Positions 53,732 through 63,039 of a stretch of DNA of 64,000 nt are shown here, piece after piece. A program made the position numbers and the translations under genes. Source of the DNA: Octopus sinensis (taxonomy: Eukaryota); contig NC_043001.1 in NCBI RefSeq assembly GCF_006345805.1, positions 104,656,001 through 104,720,000 of the forward strand, read 5' to 3'. Position 1 is the stretch's first letter; every line of letters starts with the position of its first letter. The notes under the pieces are model-generated. The model was not told the DNA's origin. It saw only the letters and a list, made by a program, of their open reading frames with translations, and did not search any database.

Positions 53732-56700
53732 CTGAAGTGGATATGTTAGTAGCAGTTTTTCTAATTGTCAATGAATCCTGAGAGTATTGTCAAATGATCA
53801 TGTTTGGTGAAGTTGCCTTTGGCAGCCAGCTGGTTCTGCAGTTGGTCTGACTCTGTGAATAAGCTGGGTCTTTCAACATTTCAAAATACAATTTACTCAA
53901 ACCTGTTTCTTGCTGCAAGACTGAAAGTACAGTGGGAGGGTTGAAAATGATACCAAAAGATTTGGAAAAAATCTGAAGATAGCTGCTATGCCGAACATTT
54001 GGCATAAATAAATTGGTCAGGAAATTACCCATGGGTGATGGCCACCTAAGGAGGGGAAATCACCAGAAAGATTTATTATTCTCAGTTAAGTTAGCAGAAT
54101 TGTTTACTTTATCAAAGTACCCACAGCAACATCATCATCATCATCGTCATCACTTAACATCTGCTTTCCATGCTGGCATGTGTTGGACAGATTGACTGAA
54201 GATTGGCAAGCCAGGAAGCTGCACCATGCTCAAATTTGATCTGGGAAGGTTTCTACAGCTGGATGCCCTTCCTAATGCCAACCATTCCAAGAGTGCAATG
54301 GGTGCTTTTTACGTCCTACCGCCACAGGAGCCAGTCAGGCGGGCTTGGCATTGATCACGTTTGGTTGGTGCTTTTTATGTGCCACTGGCATGGGATCCAG
54401 TCAGGCGGGCCTGGCATCGATTACGTTCAGATAGAGCTTTTTACATGCCACTGGCATGAGAGCCAGTCAGGTGGTATTGGCATCAGCCATGTTCAGATGG
54501 TGCTTTTTACGTGCCACCGGCATGGGAGCCAGTCAGGGAGTATTGACATCGGCCACGTTCAGATGGCGCATTTTACGTGCCAACTTTTGATAGTTTTAAT
54601 AAGGCTTGCCACTTGAGAACTGGTAAGCCAGTCACATAACTAGACACCAGTTTCTGGTTAAGGTTTCTGATTACAATTTCAGTGTCTGTGAAGGCACATA
54701 GCTTAGTGGTGATAGTGTTTGGTTCCAGGACTGTAAGGTTGTGGGTTTGATTCCTGGTAGCATATTGTGTCTTTGATCAAGATATATGTGTGTGTAGAAA
54801 ACTGTATTTTTACATTGCTGCAACCCACTCAGCTAGCAAAACTGAATGCCACCTACTGTAAATCAAGTATTTCAAAGGGGGCCGGCCTTGTCACACTGAA
54901 TCTCCCTGAGAACTATGTTAAGGGTATGCATGTATGTGGAGTTCTCAGCCACTTGCATGTTAATTTCACAGGCAGGCTGTTCCGTAATCAGGTCAACTGG
55001 AACCCTTGTTCTTGTAACTGACAGAAAGACATTTATGTATGTATGTATGTCGAACACAAAATCTCATTTTCTTAAAAATACACTACACAAGGATGTATGA
55101 AATTACTGAACACATTTAGGTTCATTTAGATTAAATACAGTTTCTGGCATTCCATCAGTTACAACAATGAGGGTTCCAGATGATCTGATCAACTGAACTT
55201 ACCTTCTCATGAAATTGATGTGCAAGTGGCTGAGTACTCCGCAGACATGCATACCCATAACAGAGTTCACATGGAGATTCAGTGTGACAGAGAATGCGAG
55301 AAAGCTGGCCCCTTTGAAAGACAGCTGAGTGGGCTGAAACAACGTGAAGTAAATTGTCTTGCTCAAGGACACAAAGCACTTCTGGGAATCGAACTCATAA
55401 CCTTACAGTAGTGAACCAAATACCTTAATCACTAAGCCATGCACCTTCATACATACTTACGTACATACGTAGATACGTATTTAAATACATACATATGTAC
55501 GTACATCACATGACTCCCCTCCCCACCCCGTGCTGGTGGTACGTAAAACGCAGCCTCTGAAATTGGTCTATGCCGGCCCCCTCACCAAGACTGGCTCCTG
55601 TGCTGGTGGCACCTAAAATGCACCATCCAAACATGGCTGATGCCAGTGCTGCCTGACTATCTTCCGTGCCGGTGGCACTTAAAAAGCACCATCCAAACAT
55701 GGTCAATGTCAGCCCCCTCACCTCTTTAGGATTGCTCTGCTCACCTTCATGGCCTGAGGAAGGGGCTAGAAAAAATGCCCTAAGCATAGCTTGCTTCACC
55801 TCACCCTGGTCTACATACTGTGGCAGGCAGGGATCCCAATTATGTCGTTAAACCACCAAAAGGAAAACATTGGTGTCATTGGTGCAGGAGTGGCTGTGTG
55901 GTAAGTAGCTTGCTAACCAACCACATGGTTCTGGGTTCAGTCCCACTGCGTGGCATCTTGGGCAAGTGTCTTCTGCTATAGCCCCGGGCCGACCAATGCC
56001 TTGTGAGTGGATTTGGTAGACGGAAACTGAAAGAAGCATGTCGTATATATGTATAAATGTATATATATGTATGTGTGTGTATATGTTTGTGTGTCTGTGT
56101 TTGTCGCCCTAGCATTGCTTGACAACCGATGCTGGTGTGTTTACGTCCCCGTCACTTAGCGGTTCAGCAAAAGAGACCGATAGAATAAGTACTGGGCTTA
56201 CAAAGAATAAGTCCTGGGGTTGATTTGCTCGACTAAAGGCGGTGCTCCAGCATGGCCGCAGTCAAATGACTGAAACAAGTAAAAGAGTAAAGAGTAAGAG
56301 TATTGTTCACAATTTTTTTTTAGATCTGGTGTGTAATTTGAGGAACATTTGGTTACTATTTGCAGAAGTTTCAACATCTGAGTAGGGGGTTCTTTCAGGG
56401 GCTTGAAGCAATTAAACCTATTGGAATTCATGGCTGTGACTAGCAATAAAGGTTGTAGGCCACATGCTGCATGGATGTACCATTTTCATTCTAGAAGCTT
56501 CCTGGTTTATGTGAATAAATGAATGTTGTCATTCCTACATGTGTCACAGGTTTGCACTTGTTGTCTATGAAGATTAAAAGATAAACCCTGTCCTGTTCTT
56601 AATTACAAAGAAAAATATAAAAACAAAAAAACTAATGAGATAGAAGTAAAAGGAAAAAATTTTTTATGGGTATTGGTGCGGCTGTGTGGTAAGAAGCTTG

Positions 56701-57237
56701 CTGCCCGACCACATGGTTCAGGGTTCAGTCCCACTGTGTGGCACCTTGGGCAAGTGTCCTACTACAGCCTTGGGCCAACAAAAGTCTTGTGAGTGGCTTT
56801 GGTAGATGGAAACTGAAAGAAGCTTGTTGTGTGTGTATGTGTTTTTCTGTCTATGTTAGTTGTTTGTCCCCTACCACCAATTGAAACCAGTGTAGGTTTG
56901 TTTATGTCCCTCTAACTTAGTGATTTGGCAAGAAAAAAAATGTACTGGGTTGGTTTGTTTAACTAAGAATTCTTTCCAGATGGTGCCCCAGCCTGGCCAC
57001 AGTCTAATAATTGAAGAAAATAAAAAATAAAAGATATTATTTTAGTTACTGCTTCATTATCATTGTGTTCACGTTATTTTTCTTGACTGGTTTTTTCTCC
57101 TTTGTAGACAACATCCAGAATATGAAGGTCGTTCGTTCTTTTTGGCCACATATCCCAGCAAAGAGCTACAAAACGAGAGCTTAACACTAGCTGAAGGAAA
57201 TCTTTTAAATGCTGTAATAATACAACGAATGAGATAA
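15455..57237 (+). CDS. NSFL1C: NSFL1 cofactor p47 (UBA-SEP-UBX p97 adaptor), 10-exon gene span, 368 aa
   Basis: Hand-assembled exons 15455-15559, 27045-27187, 29334-29423, 33759-33818, 39689-39833, 42830-42930, 43683-43820, 47221-47355, 53186-53245 and 57108-57237. All introns are GT..AG, phases are compatible, and the total is 1107 nt with no internal stop. Motifs [10 protein letters not shown] (UBA), [30 protein letters not shown] (SEP), [10 protein letters not shown] (SHP) and [30 protein letters not shown] (UBX) match p47 as remembered. Confidence 0.95.
17174..17672 (+). mobile_element. hAT/Charlie-like MITE with nested insertions
   Basis: CAGTGGTTCCCAA left end, degenerate TTGGGAACCC right end; internal 41-bp inverted repeat at 17440-17577. 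Confidence 0.55.
21185..21401. mobile_element. piggyBac-type MITE
   Basis: TTAA|CCCTTT...AAAGGG|TTAA; second copy at 28775-29238 with a nested insert. Confidence 0.8.
23704..23931 (+). mobile_element. full tRNA-headed SINE family A copy with 15-bp TSD
   Basis: A-box tggcagaaacgttag, B-box gagttcaaatt; TSD ggtattgttataacc at 23689-23703 and 23932-23946. Other copies at about 1-125, 1510-1935(-), 16737-16945, 24130-24340, 26848-27005, 43865-44290, 63590-63845(-), 63848-64000. Confidence 0.85.
24462..24622. mobile_element. hAT-type MITE (161 bp)
   Basis: 19-bp TIR cactagcgtagctagggtg / cactctagctacgttagtg; exact 8-bp TSD tctgtcgt at 24454-24461 and 24623-24630. Confidence 0.88.
24640..26240 (-). 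mobile_element. decayed RTE LINE fragment (EN and start of RT)
   Basis: [30 protein letters not shown] and IISACGPQ fragments with stops and frameshifts. Confidence 0.85.
27045..27187 (+). CDS. NSFL1C: p47 exon 2
   Basis: ttgcag acceptor; [10 protein letters not shown]...QEGNP(R); donor GTTAGT, phase 2. Confidence 0.9.
28775..29238. mobile_element. piggyBac-type MITE copy 2 with nested repeat at 28932-29183
   Basis: Homology to 21185-21401; GGG|TTAA end. Confidence 0.7.
29334..29423 (+). CDS. NSFL1C: p47 exon 3
   Basis: ttggcag acceptor; [29 protein letters not shown](S); donor GTATTT. Confidence 0.95.
33759..33818 (+). CDS. NSFL1C: p47 exon 4
   Basis: tttccag acceptor; [19 protein letters not shown](K); donor GTAAGT. 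Confidence 0.93.
34600..35336 (+). mobile_element. mariner transposase relic (internally deleted)
   Basis: [19 protein letters not shown] (HTH), [24 protein letters not shown]; TIR-like ttatgggatgacccaat at the right end. Confidence 0.8.
35581..39375 (+). mobile_element. RTE-clade LINE, slightly 5'-truncated, intact reading frame, in p47 intron 4 (sense)
   Basis: ORF to 38546, 3'UTR with tandem duplications, (GAT)n tail ending about 39375. Confidence 0.95.
35607..38546 (+). CDS. RTE ORF: APE endonuclease + RT + PHD-like finger (979 aa from the first ATG)
   Basis: QEIRW, SAYAPQ, GDFNGH, IDYIL; [33 protein letters not shown] at 37590; C4HC3 at 37761-37892. The track start at 35562 is a flanking TTG. 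Confidence 0.9.
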   Translation: MQEIRWRGGSARVLTGKGHRYKIFWAGNTDGVGGVGIIIAEKWIDRVIEVIRVSDRILKIRIVLHNRLATIISAYAPQPGLPDGQKDSFYDTLLQTTSSTNDRDLLFVAGDFNGHVGRHAGGFHGVHGGYGYGSRNEEGTRLLEFCDANSLMVCNTNFRKPTSHLVTYRSGRHTSQIDYILARKRERWLLKNAKTFPGEECTPQHRLVVSDFRIRTKRATRRRPTWRRRVWKLKAPANGQRFRDMLLEAFDEVEGGIATHGVEDNWTFLRDNLLKAADQICGWCKVPLRPKITWWWNNIVDRAIRQKKQAWKAWKNGGSREGYQTARREARRQVYLARGEADKRKFANVLRREDERLEVFRVARQCVRENRDVVGEKCVRMEDGSLALNEDAKREAWRRHYERLLNEENEWDKESLPNVDPTEGPAIRVDSSVVAKAIRSMKTGKAPGPSGITAEMLKISGSVGYNLVTRIVNQVIHEGVIPNDWCSSILVNCYKGKGDALDTNNYRGIKLLDQVMKVTERVIAQLIRERVSLDEMQFGFVPGKSTTDAIFLVRQLQEKYLAKDKPLYLAFVDMEKAFDRVPRSLIWWSMRKLGIDEWLVRTVQAMYRDAVSKVRVGNMYTEEFKVEVGVHQGSVLSPLLFIIVLQAITEEFKTGCPWELLYADDLALIAESLSELEEKFQVWKEGLESRGLRVNLAKTKVLISRKVDNPQISSGRWPCSICRKGVGRNSIRCTQCKLWTHKRCSNVKGRLTGKIVFVCGRCSGALTSENLQKTTSVTFQGEKLEVVDSFRYLGDQVSSGGGCAESVTARIRIAWAKFRELLPLLVTKGLSLRVKGRLYDACVRTAMLHGSETWAVTAEDMRKLVRNEASRLRWMCNVSVHTRQSVSTLREMLYLRSISCGVQERRLRWYGHVARMDEDRCVRKCQSLAVEGTRGRGRPRKTWDEVVKHDLRTLGLTEEMTRDRDLWKYSVREKTRQDK
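39689..39833 (+). CDS. NSFL1C: p47 exon 5
   Basis: tttttag acceptor; contains FCGTGYRLG; donor GTAAGA, phase 0. Confidence 0.92.
40586..41314 (-). mobile_element. 5'-truncated Penelope-like element (GIY-YIG C-terminus and 3' pLTR) with inverted partial pLTR forming a fold-back
   Basis: Minus strand encodes [19 protein letters not shown] (LNxRxELxxxCxHxxKFLL, as remembered for PLE ORF ends); arms 40668-40948 and 40966-41270; hammerhead-like motif. Confidence 0.75.
41212..41285 (+). ncRNA. hammerhead-like motif, variant core (CCGAAGA)
   Basis: AGATAA-CCGAAGA-GATG..CATC-T-GAAA-CTCAGAG-TT-TTATCT. Confidence 0.5.
41990..42595 (+). mobile_element. RTE ORF end plus 3'UTR; shows that the abundant catcat/gatgat elements are RTE 3' ends
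   Basis: gacctctggaggtatgctgtg..gagaagacc (ORF end) joined to gagacctgttgagtcaagt and the common terminus. Similar remnants at about 18.1, 19.3, 20.2, 20.7, 21.8, 22.7, 27.5, 29.5, 30.5, 31.5, 33.2, 40.4, 45.1, 45.5, 48.0, 52.7, 54.1 and 58.7 kb. Confidence 0.8.
42830..42930 (+). CDS. NSFL1C: p47 exon 6 (SEP N-part)
   Basis: [33 protein letters not shown]; donor GTAAAT. Confidence 0.95.
43458..43550 (+). repeat. 37-bp tandem repeat (about 2.5 copies) in intron 6
   Basis: ggagataatcattctgcaa at 43458, 43495 and 43532. Confidence 0.9.
43683..43820 (+). CDS. NSFL1C: p47 exon 7 (SEP C-part and SHP box)
   Basis: tttccag acceptor; EIPQEL...FSGKGHMLG(S); donor GTGAAG. Confidence 0.95.
46530..46916 (+). 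mobile_element. non-autonomous Helitron-type element
   Basis: A|TC start; 3' hairpin gcccgagcaacgctgggc; CTAG|T end. Confidence 0.85.
47221..47355 (+). CDS. NSFL1C: p47 exon 8 (linker and UBX start)
   Basis: PLPG...[14 protein letters not shown](R); donor GTAAAT. Confidence 0.93.
49547..52655 (+). mobile_element. 5'-truncated RTE LINE (stop at 50331, frameshift near 50425) with amplified 3'UTR, in intron 8
   Basis: RT YADD region and PHD-like finger (49926-50057); five ~330-350-bp 3'UTR units; (GAT)n tail. Confidence 0.92.
53186..53245 (+). CDS. NSFL1C: p47 exon 9 (UBX)
   Basis: tttccag acceptor; [19 protein letters not shown](L); donor GTATCCTTT (U12-type). Confidence 0.93.
54690..55445. 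mobile_element. two SINE D copies in inverted orientation (54690-55030 +, 55140-55445 -)
   Basis: Complementary segments, e.g. ccacttgcatgttaatttca vs tgaaattgatgtgcaagtgg; other minus-strand D copies at about 32660-32990 and 41760-41970. Confidence 0.7.
55883..56300 (+). mobile_element. full SINE family B copy
   Basis: tRNA-like head, ggcatcttgggcaagtg core, internal (TA/TG) tract, aagtaaaagag tail. Others at about 32236, 39968, 48925, 56677, 57830-58400 (inverted pair), 62810 and 63280. Confidence 0.8.
57108..57237 (+). CDS. NSFL1C: p47 exon 10 (UBX C-terminus and stop)
   Basis: [45 protein letters not shown] at 57235-57237. Confidence 0.95.
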
Positions 57238-57389
57238 GCCAAGAAACTAACATTTCGTTACGTTTTCTTATTTTCTGTTACCTAACCTATCCAACTGATG
57301 GTGTAGAAATTTCTTAGGAAAGGTAACTTCTGTTCTCTGCTTTTTTTCCTTTTTTTTTTTGCCCCACTCAGCATGTTAAGTTAAAATGA

Positions 57390-57691
57390 AATAAAAACAT
57401 AAGTTAAAATCTCACTCTACTGTTTCAACACAGTTCCTAGCAGAGGCCATAATTAAAGGACAAAAAAAAAAGTTAAAAAAAAAATTTTTTTTTTTCAAGT
57501 CTTATGTGTATTTCTTGTTGACGTATCAATATTAATATTACAAATAATCGTTAACTTGTTTCGTTATTGTTTTGATCTTGCTGCCACTTACGTTATGTCC
57601 AACTTGTATTCTAGTCAGATAGTTGGTAAGATATTCAAGATACATTACAACCATGTTGAGAAGTGGTGGCCACATGATTGTCACAAATAAA
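57390..57691 (+). promoter_or_regulatory. candidate polyadenylation signals of the p47 3'UTR
   Basis: AATAAA at 57390-57395 and 57686-57691 in AU-rich sequence after the stop. Confidence 0.45.
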
Positions 57692-59569
57692 GTTTAATAT
57701 CATGATAAAAGCGTGTACGTATATGTGCCTGTGTTCATGTATATGTTATTTCGGTGGGGTCTCTTCTATCTTTTGTCTTTTACTTGTATTGGCCATGCTG
57801 GGGCAGCATCATGAAGAACTTTTGGTTAAATGAATCAACCCCAGTACTTGTTTTTGTCTTCTTTTTTTTTAAGCCTGGTGCTTATCTGTCAATCTCTTTG
57901 CTGAACTGCTAAGTTACTGGGGGCATAAACACACCACCACCACCGGTTGTCAAGTGGCAGTGGGACGCACACACACACACACGTCACAAGCTTCTTTCAG
58001 TTTCCATCTACCAAATCCACTCACAGGGCTTTGGTTGGCCCAAGGCTGTGGTAGAAGACACTTGCCCAAGGTGCTATGCAGTCGGACTGAACCCAGAACC
58101 ATGCAGTTGGGAAACAAATTTCTTACTGTACATCCACAGTGAGTGGATTTGGTTGAAGGAAACTGAAAGAAGCCTGTTGTATGTGTGTGTGTGTGTGTTT
58201 GTCCCCCACCATTTCCTTACAACCAGTGTTGGTGTGTTTACATCCCTGTGACTTAGTTGTTCGGCAAAAGAGACTGATAGAATAAGTACTAGGCTGAGAA
58301 AACAAAAAAACAGTATTGGGGCCCATTCATTTGACTAAAACCTCTCCAAGGTGTTGCCCCAGCATGGCCACAGTCTAATGACTGAAACAAGTAAAAGGTA
58401 AAAGACGATACTTATGATTGACATGGCAGCACATTTATTGATTTTATATTGCGTTTGGTAATCAATAGCCTGATTGGTTACTGGTTTCCAATCACCTGTT
58501 CATTGTATGTCTGACAACAGGAGTAACCATGGCGTGTCAGCGTTTTGGTGCAGAACAAAGGACTTCATTCAAAAAGCATTGTATTTTTTTTTCCATTCTT
58601 TACAATATTCATTGATACCTGTCAGCAAAGGATATACCTACCTACTTACATCTTACTCCTCTCCCTCCTTCACCTCCTCTTCCTCCTTTACCTCCTCTTC
58701 CTCCTTCACCTCCTCTTCCTCCTCCTCATCATCATTTAACGTCTGCTGTCCATGCTAGCATGGGTTGGACAGTTTGACTGAAAACTGGTAAGCCAGGGAG
58801 CTGCACCAGGTTCCAGTTTGATCTGGTATGGTTTCTACAGCTGGATGCCCTTCCTAACACCAACCACTCCAGGAGTCTAATGAGTGCTTTTACATGGCAC
58901 CAGAGATTGGTTGAAGTGGAACTGAATAATGGTTATGCTACGAAGTATTAAAAAAGAATTATCAGTTATTTATGTTCTGTACGAATACTTTTTTCACCCA
59001 TAAATATTTATAATTGAATATAAATTCCTTAGTTACTATAATTTATTAGTTTCTTTTGCATATTCTTAGTTTATGCATGTGTATGCAAATATAGTATTGG
59101 TATATCCCATTTATGTTCATTAGTAATTAAATAAATAAATAATTTTGACATGTACGAATATTTATTTTACCCCACTGTATATAGGTATAGGTATATTTGA
59201 GTATGTATGTATACACAAACACACCCAAGCATACGCGCTCACGCGCACGTAGACACACAAAAACAGACAGACACACACACATATGCACATACGCTCTAAA
59301 ACGCACACACGCACACAAGTACATGCACACACACACTTGCACTTAGAGAAACACACATGCACACAAACATGCGTACACACGCACATGCACAAACGCAGAC
59401 AGACACACGCACGCACATACACACACAAATATGTGTGTACACTTGCATATACTTACTTAAACAGATGATCGCAAACATTTTAACCAAGTTGAGATAACTC
59501 TGAAGTTCTCTCGATCTTGTAAACCAGCTAATACGGAGTTGTCTCCCATTGCTCAATAATAACTTATTA

Positions 59570-60160
59570 ATATTGTTCACTCTGTCTCTACCTTAAGATA
59601 TGCTCGACTTTTAAAACACAAAGTGATTAATTCAATTAGTGACATAATTATCGTCTCATTCCAGTATGTTCTGCCATCTTGCAAGACAACCCATTTCTCT
59701 CTGCTGAAAGAGTTCCTTGTCTTTACTCTGCGAAAATCTCTTCCAGGTGGATTTTTAAGATCTTCCTCAAATTTGAAGATTTCAATGAATTTTTGAAGAG
59801 ACGAAAAACCGTAGAAATCTGAAGACGCAAGATCGGATGAATATATAGAGGGAGGCAAAACTTAACAGCCAAATCCCAGTGACTTCTGCCACGTTTGTAA
59901 AGAAGTGTGCTGTCTTGCATTGTCTTTATAAAACCAGAAAAAACAATGCCATTGCGATTAGTAGGACTGAACACTTCTGATGGATCGCTGCATTTACTTT
60001 GTCCAGCTGGTCACAGTACACGTGCGAAATGATGGTCCCTTGTAAAAGCCAACATCCTTTCAAACCCACGAAATTGGAAGCATAACATCGTTCGTGTGAA
60101 TTCCTGCTTTGGAGATGGTTTATTATCGTTCGCCTCCCCTCTTTCATCGTTTACGCTTCA
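59570..60160 (-). mobile_element. mariner transposase relic
   Basis: GTIISHVYCDQLDKVNAAI and YSSDLASSDFY (YSPDLAPSD-like) fragments. Confidence 0.7.
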
Positions 60161-60344
60161 CATTGTTATTGACGATTAAATTTTCGTCTCCTTAAAAACA
60201 GATTCGTTTTCCTCCTGTTCCTGCAATGAATCGCCAACCGAAATCCTTTAGGCAAACTTGACCTCATTCAATTGATGCGGGAACCAAACATCGGTCCTGC
60301 TGACATAATCGATTCAATGGGTTTTCATCGATGGATATATAGAG

Positions 60345-60488
60345 AATACCAAACGAGTTCCCTATGGATACCGTATTTATTACAACGAGTGGCTTGTAAA
60401 CGTATCTAACGAGCGAAAGCGAGTTAGATACGTTTACAAGCCACAAGTTGTTATAAATACGGTATCCATAGGGAATGAGTTTGGTATT
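60345..60488. repeat. imperfect palindrome (~66-bp arms, 12-nt loop gagcgaaagcga)
   Basis: direct reading. Confidence 0.85.
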
Positions 60489-60580
60489 TTATTTATTACA
60501 CACGAGTAAACGACCATATTTTATTAACCCAATAACTAAATTCTTCACGTTTAGTTGTAACTTATGAATGACAAAAGTAG

Positions 60581-60683
60581 TGCCGTCACCGTGACCTCGG
60601 GTCATCACCATGAATTGACCAATCAGAAGCATTGCTGTCACCGTGACCTCGGGTCATCACCATGGATTGACCAATCAGAAGCA
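60581..60683 (+). repeat. 52-bp tandem duplication, each unit with CCAAT
   Basis: tgc(c/t)gtcaccgtgacctcgggtcatcaccatg..ttgaccaatcagaagca x2. Confidence 0.9.
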
Positions 60684-60968
60684 GCGCTCGCAGTATCTGA
60701 TATATGTTAGATACCAAAAATATCTCAAAGTGTTCTCACTCACATGTGTGTAATAATTTGATAATATCTGCGATCACACTTGTCGTATAACGGAGTTTGA
60801 TGTTGCTGTTCATCTCGGTTGGTCGGCCAAAGTGACGTGCATCTTGAACCGAAAATTTTCCTGATCGAAATTTTGAAAACCATTTCTAGCACACACCTTC
60901 CGTAACAGCATCTTCTCTGTACACAGCGCGTGCCTTTCTGCTCTTTCTACCACTTTCCTGCCACCTAA

Positions 60969-61265
60969 TCTTTATATATAAAACTGTAGTTGTGTGAGTG
61001 TCTGTCCCCTTCGATTTAGATTCCTAACTACTCCCACATTTTGCCGTGCAGTTTAACCAAAAGCGGGTATCTTATAGTCGTGATCCATATCGAGCCCTTC
61101 TGGGATTTAGCGCGCGTCTACGATGAATCTACGATTAAAAAAAAAAAATTTACCATCTTTTTAATCCATTTTTCGCTCGGTTTTATATAAGGGAAGTAAC
61201 TCTCTAAAAATTCTTATATAGTTATTTCCCTTACAAACCCGATCAACGCCGGGCGATACTGCTAA
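60969..61265 (+). mobile_element. non-autonomous Helitron-type element (second family)
   Basis: A|TC start; cccgatcaacgccggg hairpin; CTAA|T end. Confidence 0.7.
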
Positions 61266-61927
61266 TAAATAAATAAAAACGCATGAAACGTCGATAATGT
61301 TCGTTTTGGTTCTCCATTTTCAGGGTGTGGCCATGCACACAAAATGTAACCTGTCTCGTCGCAAATTCGCGGAGAATTACATTGAAGTGTCAAGTATCTA
61401 ACGAGTGCACGGGCCCCAGGGACAGGTTAAACTAAGCTAGTTATTAGAGCGCTTGAAGGTTAATGTCAACTGAAACTGAACTCACTCGTTGGTCGACCAA
61501 ATATGTCGTCATTCTCAACATATTTTTTTATTGTCATATAAATATATTTGAGAAAAATATTCAAGACTTCATTGAGCAAATTTGGCAACTCATAATAAAA
61601 AAAAAGTCAGGAAGTCCCTCTCCGACATCGAAACAATAAATTTATTAATTTCTAAAGCGCGAACTCATCCTAACTGTTCAGCCCATCACACCCGCATGCA
61701 CGCACGCACATACATACACACACATGGCTAAACAAACAAACAAAAAAAAAAATAACAAATTAGACGAACGTATATAAACAGAAGATACAAATATTGCAGG
61801 CATTCCCCCCCACACACTAACTAAACATAGACGTACATAGAGATATACGCATGCGCAAATGAAGACATACAATAGAAATACAAGATGGCTGACGGTTAGT
61901 AAGGAGAGACAAATAAGAAAAGAAAAC

Positions 61928-62330
61928 AAAAACAAAAATTTAACAAGTACAGGACAGGCTACACAAGGTAAATTCCAAAAAATTTTTACAACAAGAAAAC
62001 AAGTACAGGACAAGCTACACAAGGAAACATCCACCGTCATCAGCTGTCGCCAGTTAACTCAGGCGTGTTTCGAAGGCAAGACAGGACACTCGTTAACTAG
62101 GCCTTCCTGCGAGAGAATTGCTTGGAATTTTATTTTATTTTAATTCTCTCGCAGGAAGGCCTAGTTAACGAGTGTCCTGTCTTGCCTTCGAAACACGCCT
62201 GAGTTAACTAGCGACAGCTGATGGCGGTGGATTTTTCCTTGTGTAGCTTGTCCTGTACTTGTTTTCTTGTAAAAATTTTTGGGAATTTACCTTGTGTAGC
62301 CTGTCCTGTACTTGTTAAATTTTTGTTTTT
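61928..62330. repeat. fold-back element (~190-bp arms, 22-nt loop), possibly Penelope-like
   Basis: Arms 61928-62119 and 62142-62330 are nearly identical. Confidence 0.85.
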
Positions 62331-62555
62331 CCCGCTTCTACGTCTTGTTGTGGCGTCCTGTACTTACGTATATTTATTTATATATGCATGTATATATACA
62401 TGTAGATGTAGGTACGTACAAATATGTTTGTATGTATGCATATATTTTTAATTATCACATTATTGTCTGACAGCGCCCCGCGTCAGGTTCGTTTCGATTT
62501 GTCGGTTCGTTCCACTTCTTGTCTCCTTTCAATTTATATATATATATATATATAT

Positions 62556-62608
<53 letters not shown>

Positions 62609-63039
62609 ATATAATATATATATATATACATACACACACCCACATCACGTCAATATTTTTCTGCAAGTTCCCATAACTCTACACTTCGCCGAAAGTGAAA
62701 CTTGTCCAGAGTTGTCTCCCATCACTGACTACATCTAATTCCTAACGTGTATTGAATGTTCTCAATGTACGGACGGAATGTGCCCCGTTCTACGTCTTTC
62801 TTAAAGTTGCTGTGTAAGAAGAGAAGCGTGCTTTCCAATCATATGGTTCCAGGTTCAGTCTCATTGGGTAAGTGTCTCCTACTATACCCTCTGGCCGACC
62901 AAAGCCTTGTGAGTGGATTTGGTAGGCAGAAACTGAAAGAAATCCGTCGTACATACATACATACATACATACATACATGTATATATATAAATGTGTGTGT
63001 GTACACTTTGGTCTCATATATATATATATATATATTGCT

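Larger units (their letters stand above)
53246..57107 (+). other. U12-type (minor spliceosome) GT-AG intron
   Basis: 5' site GTATCCTTT at 53246-53254; branch-like TTTCTTGAC at 57079-57087, with the A about 21 nt before the acceptor. Confidence 0.8.
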
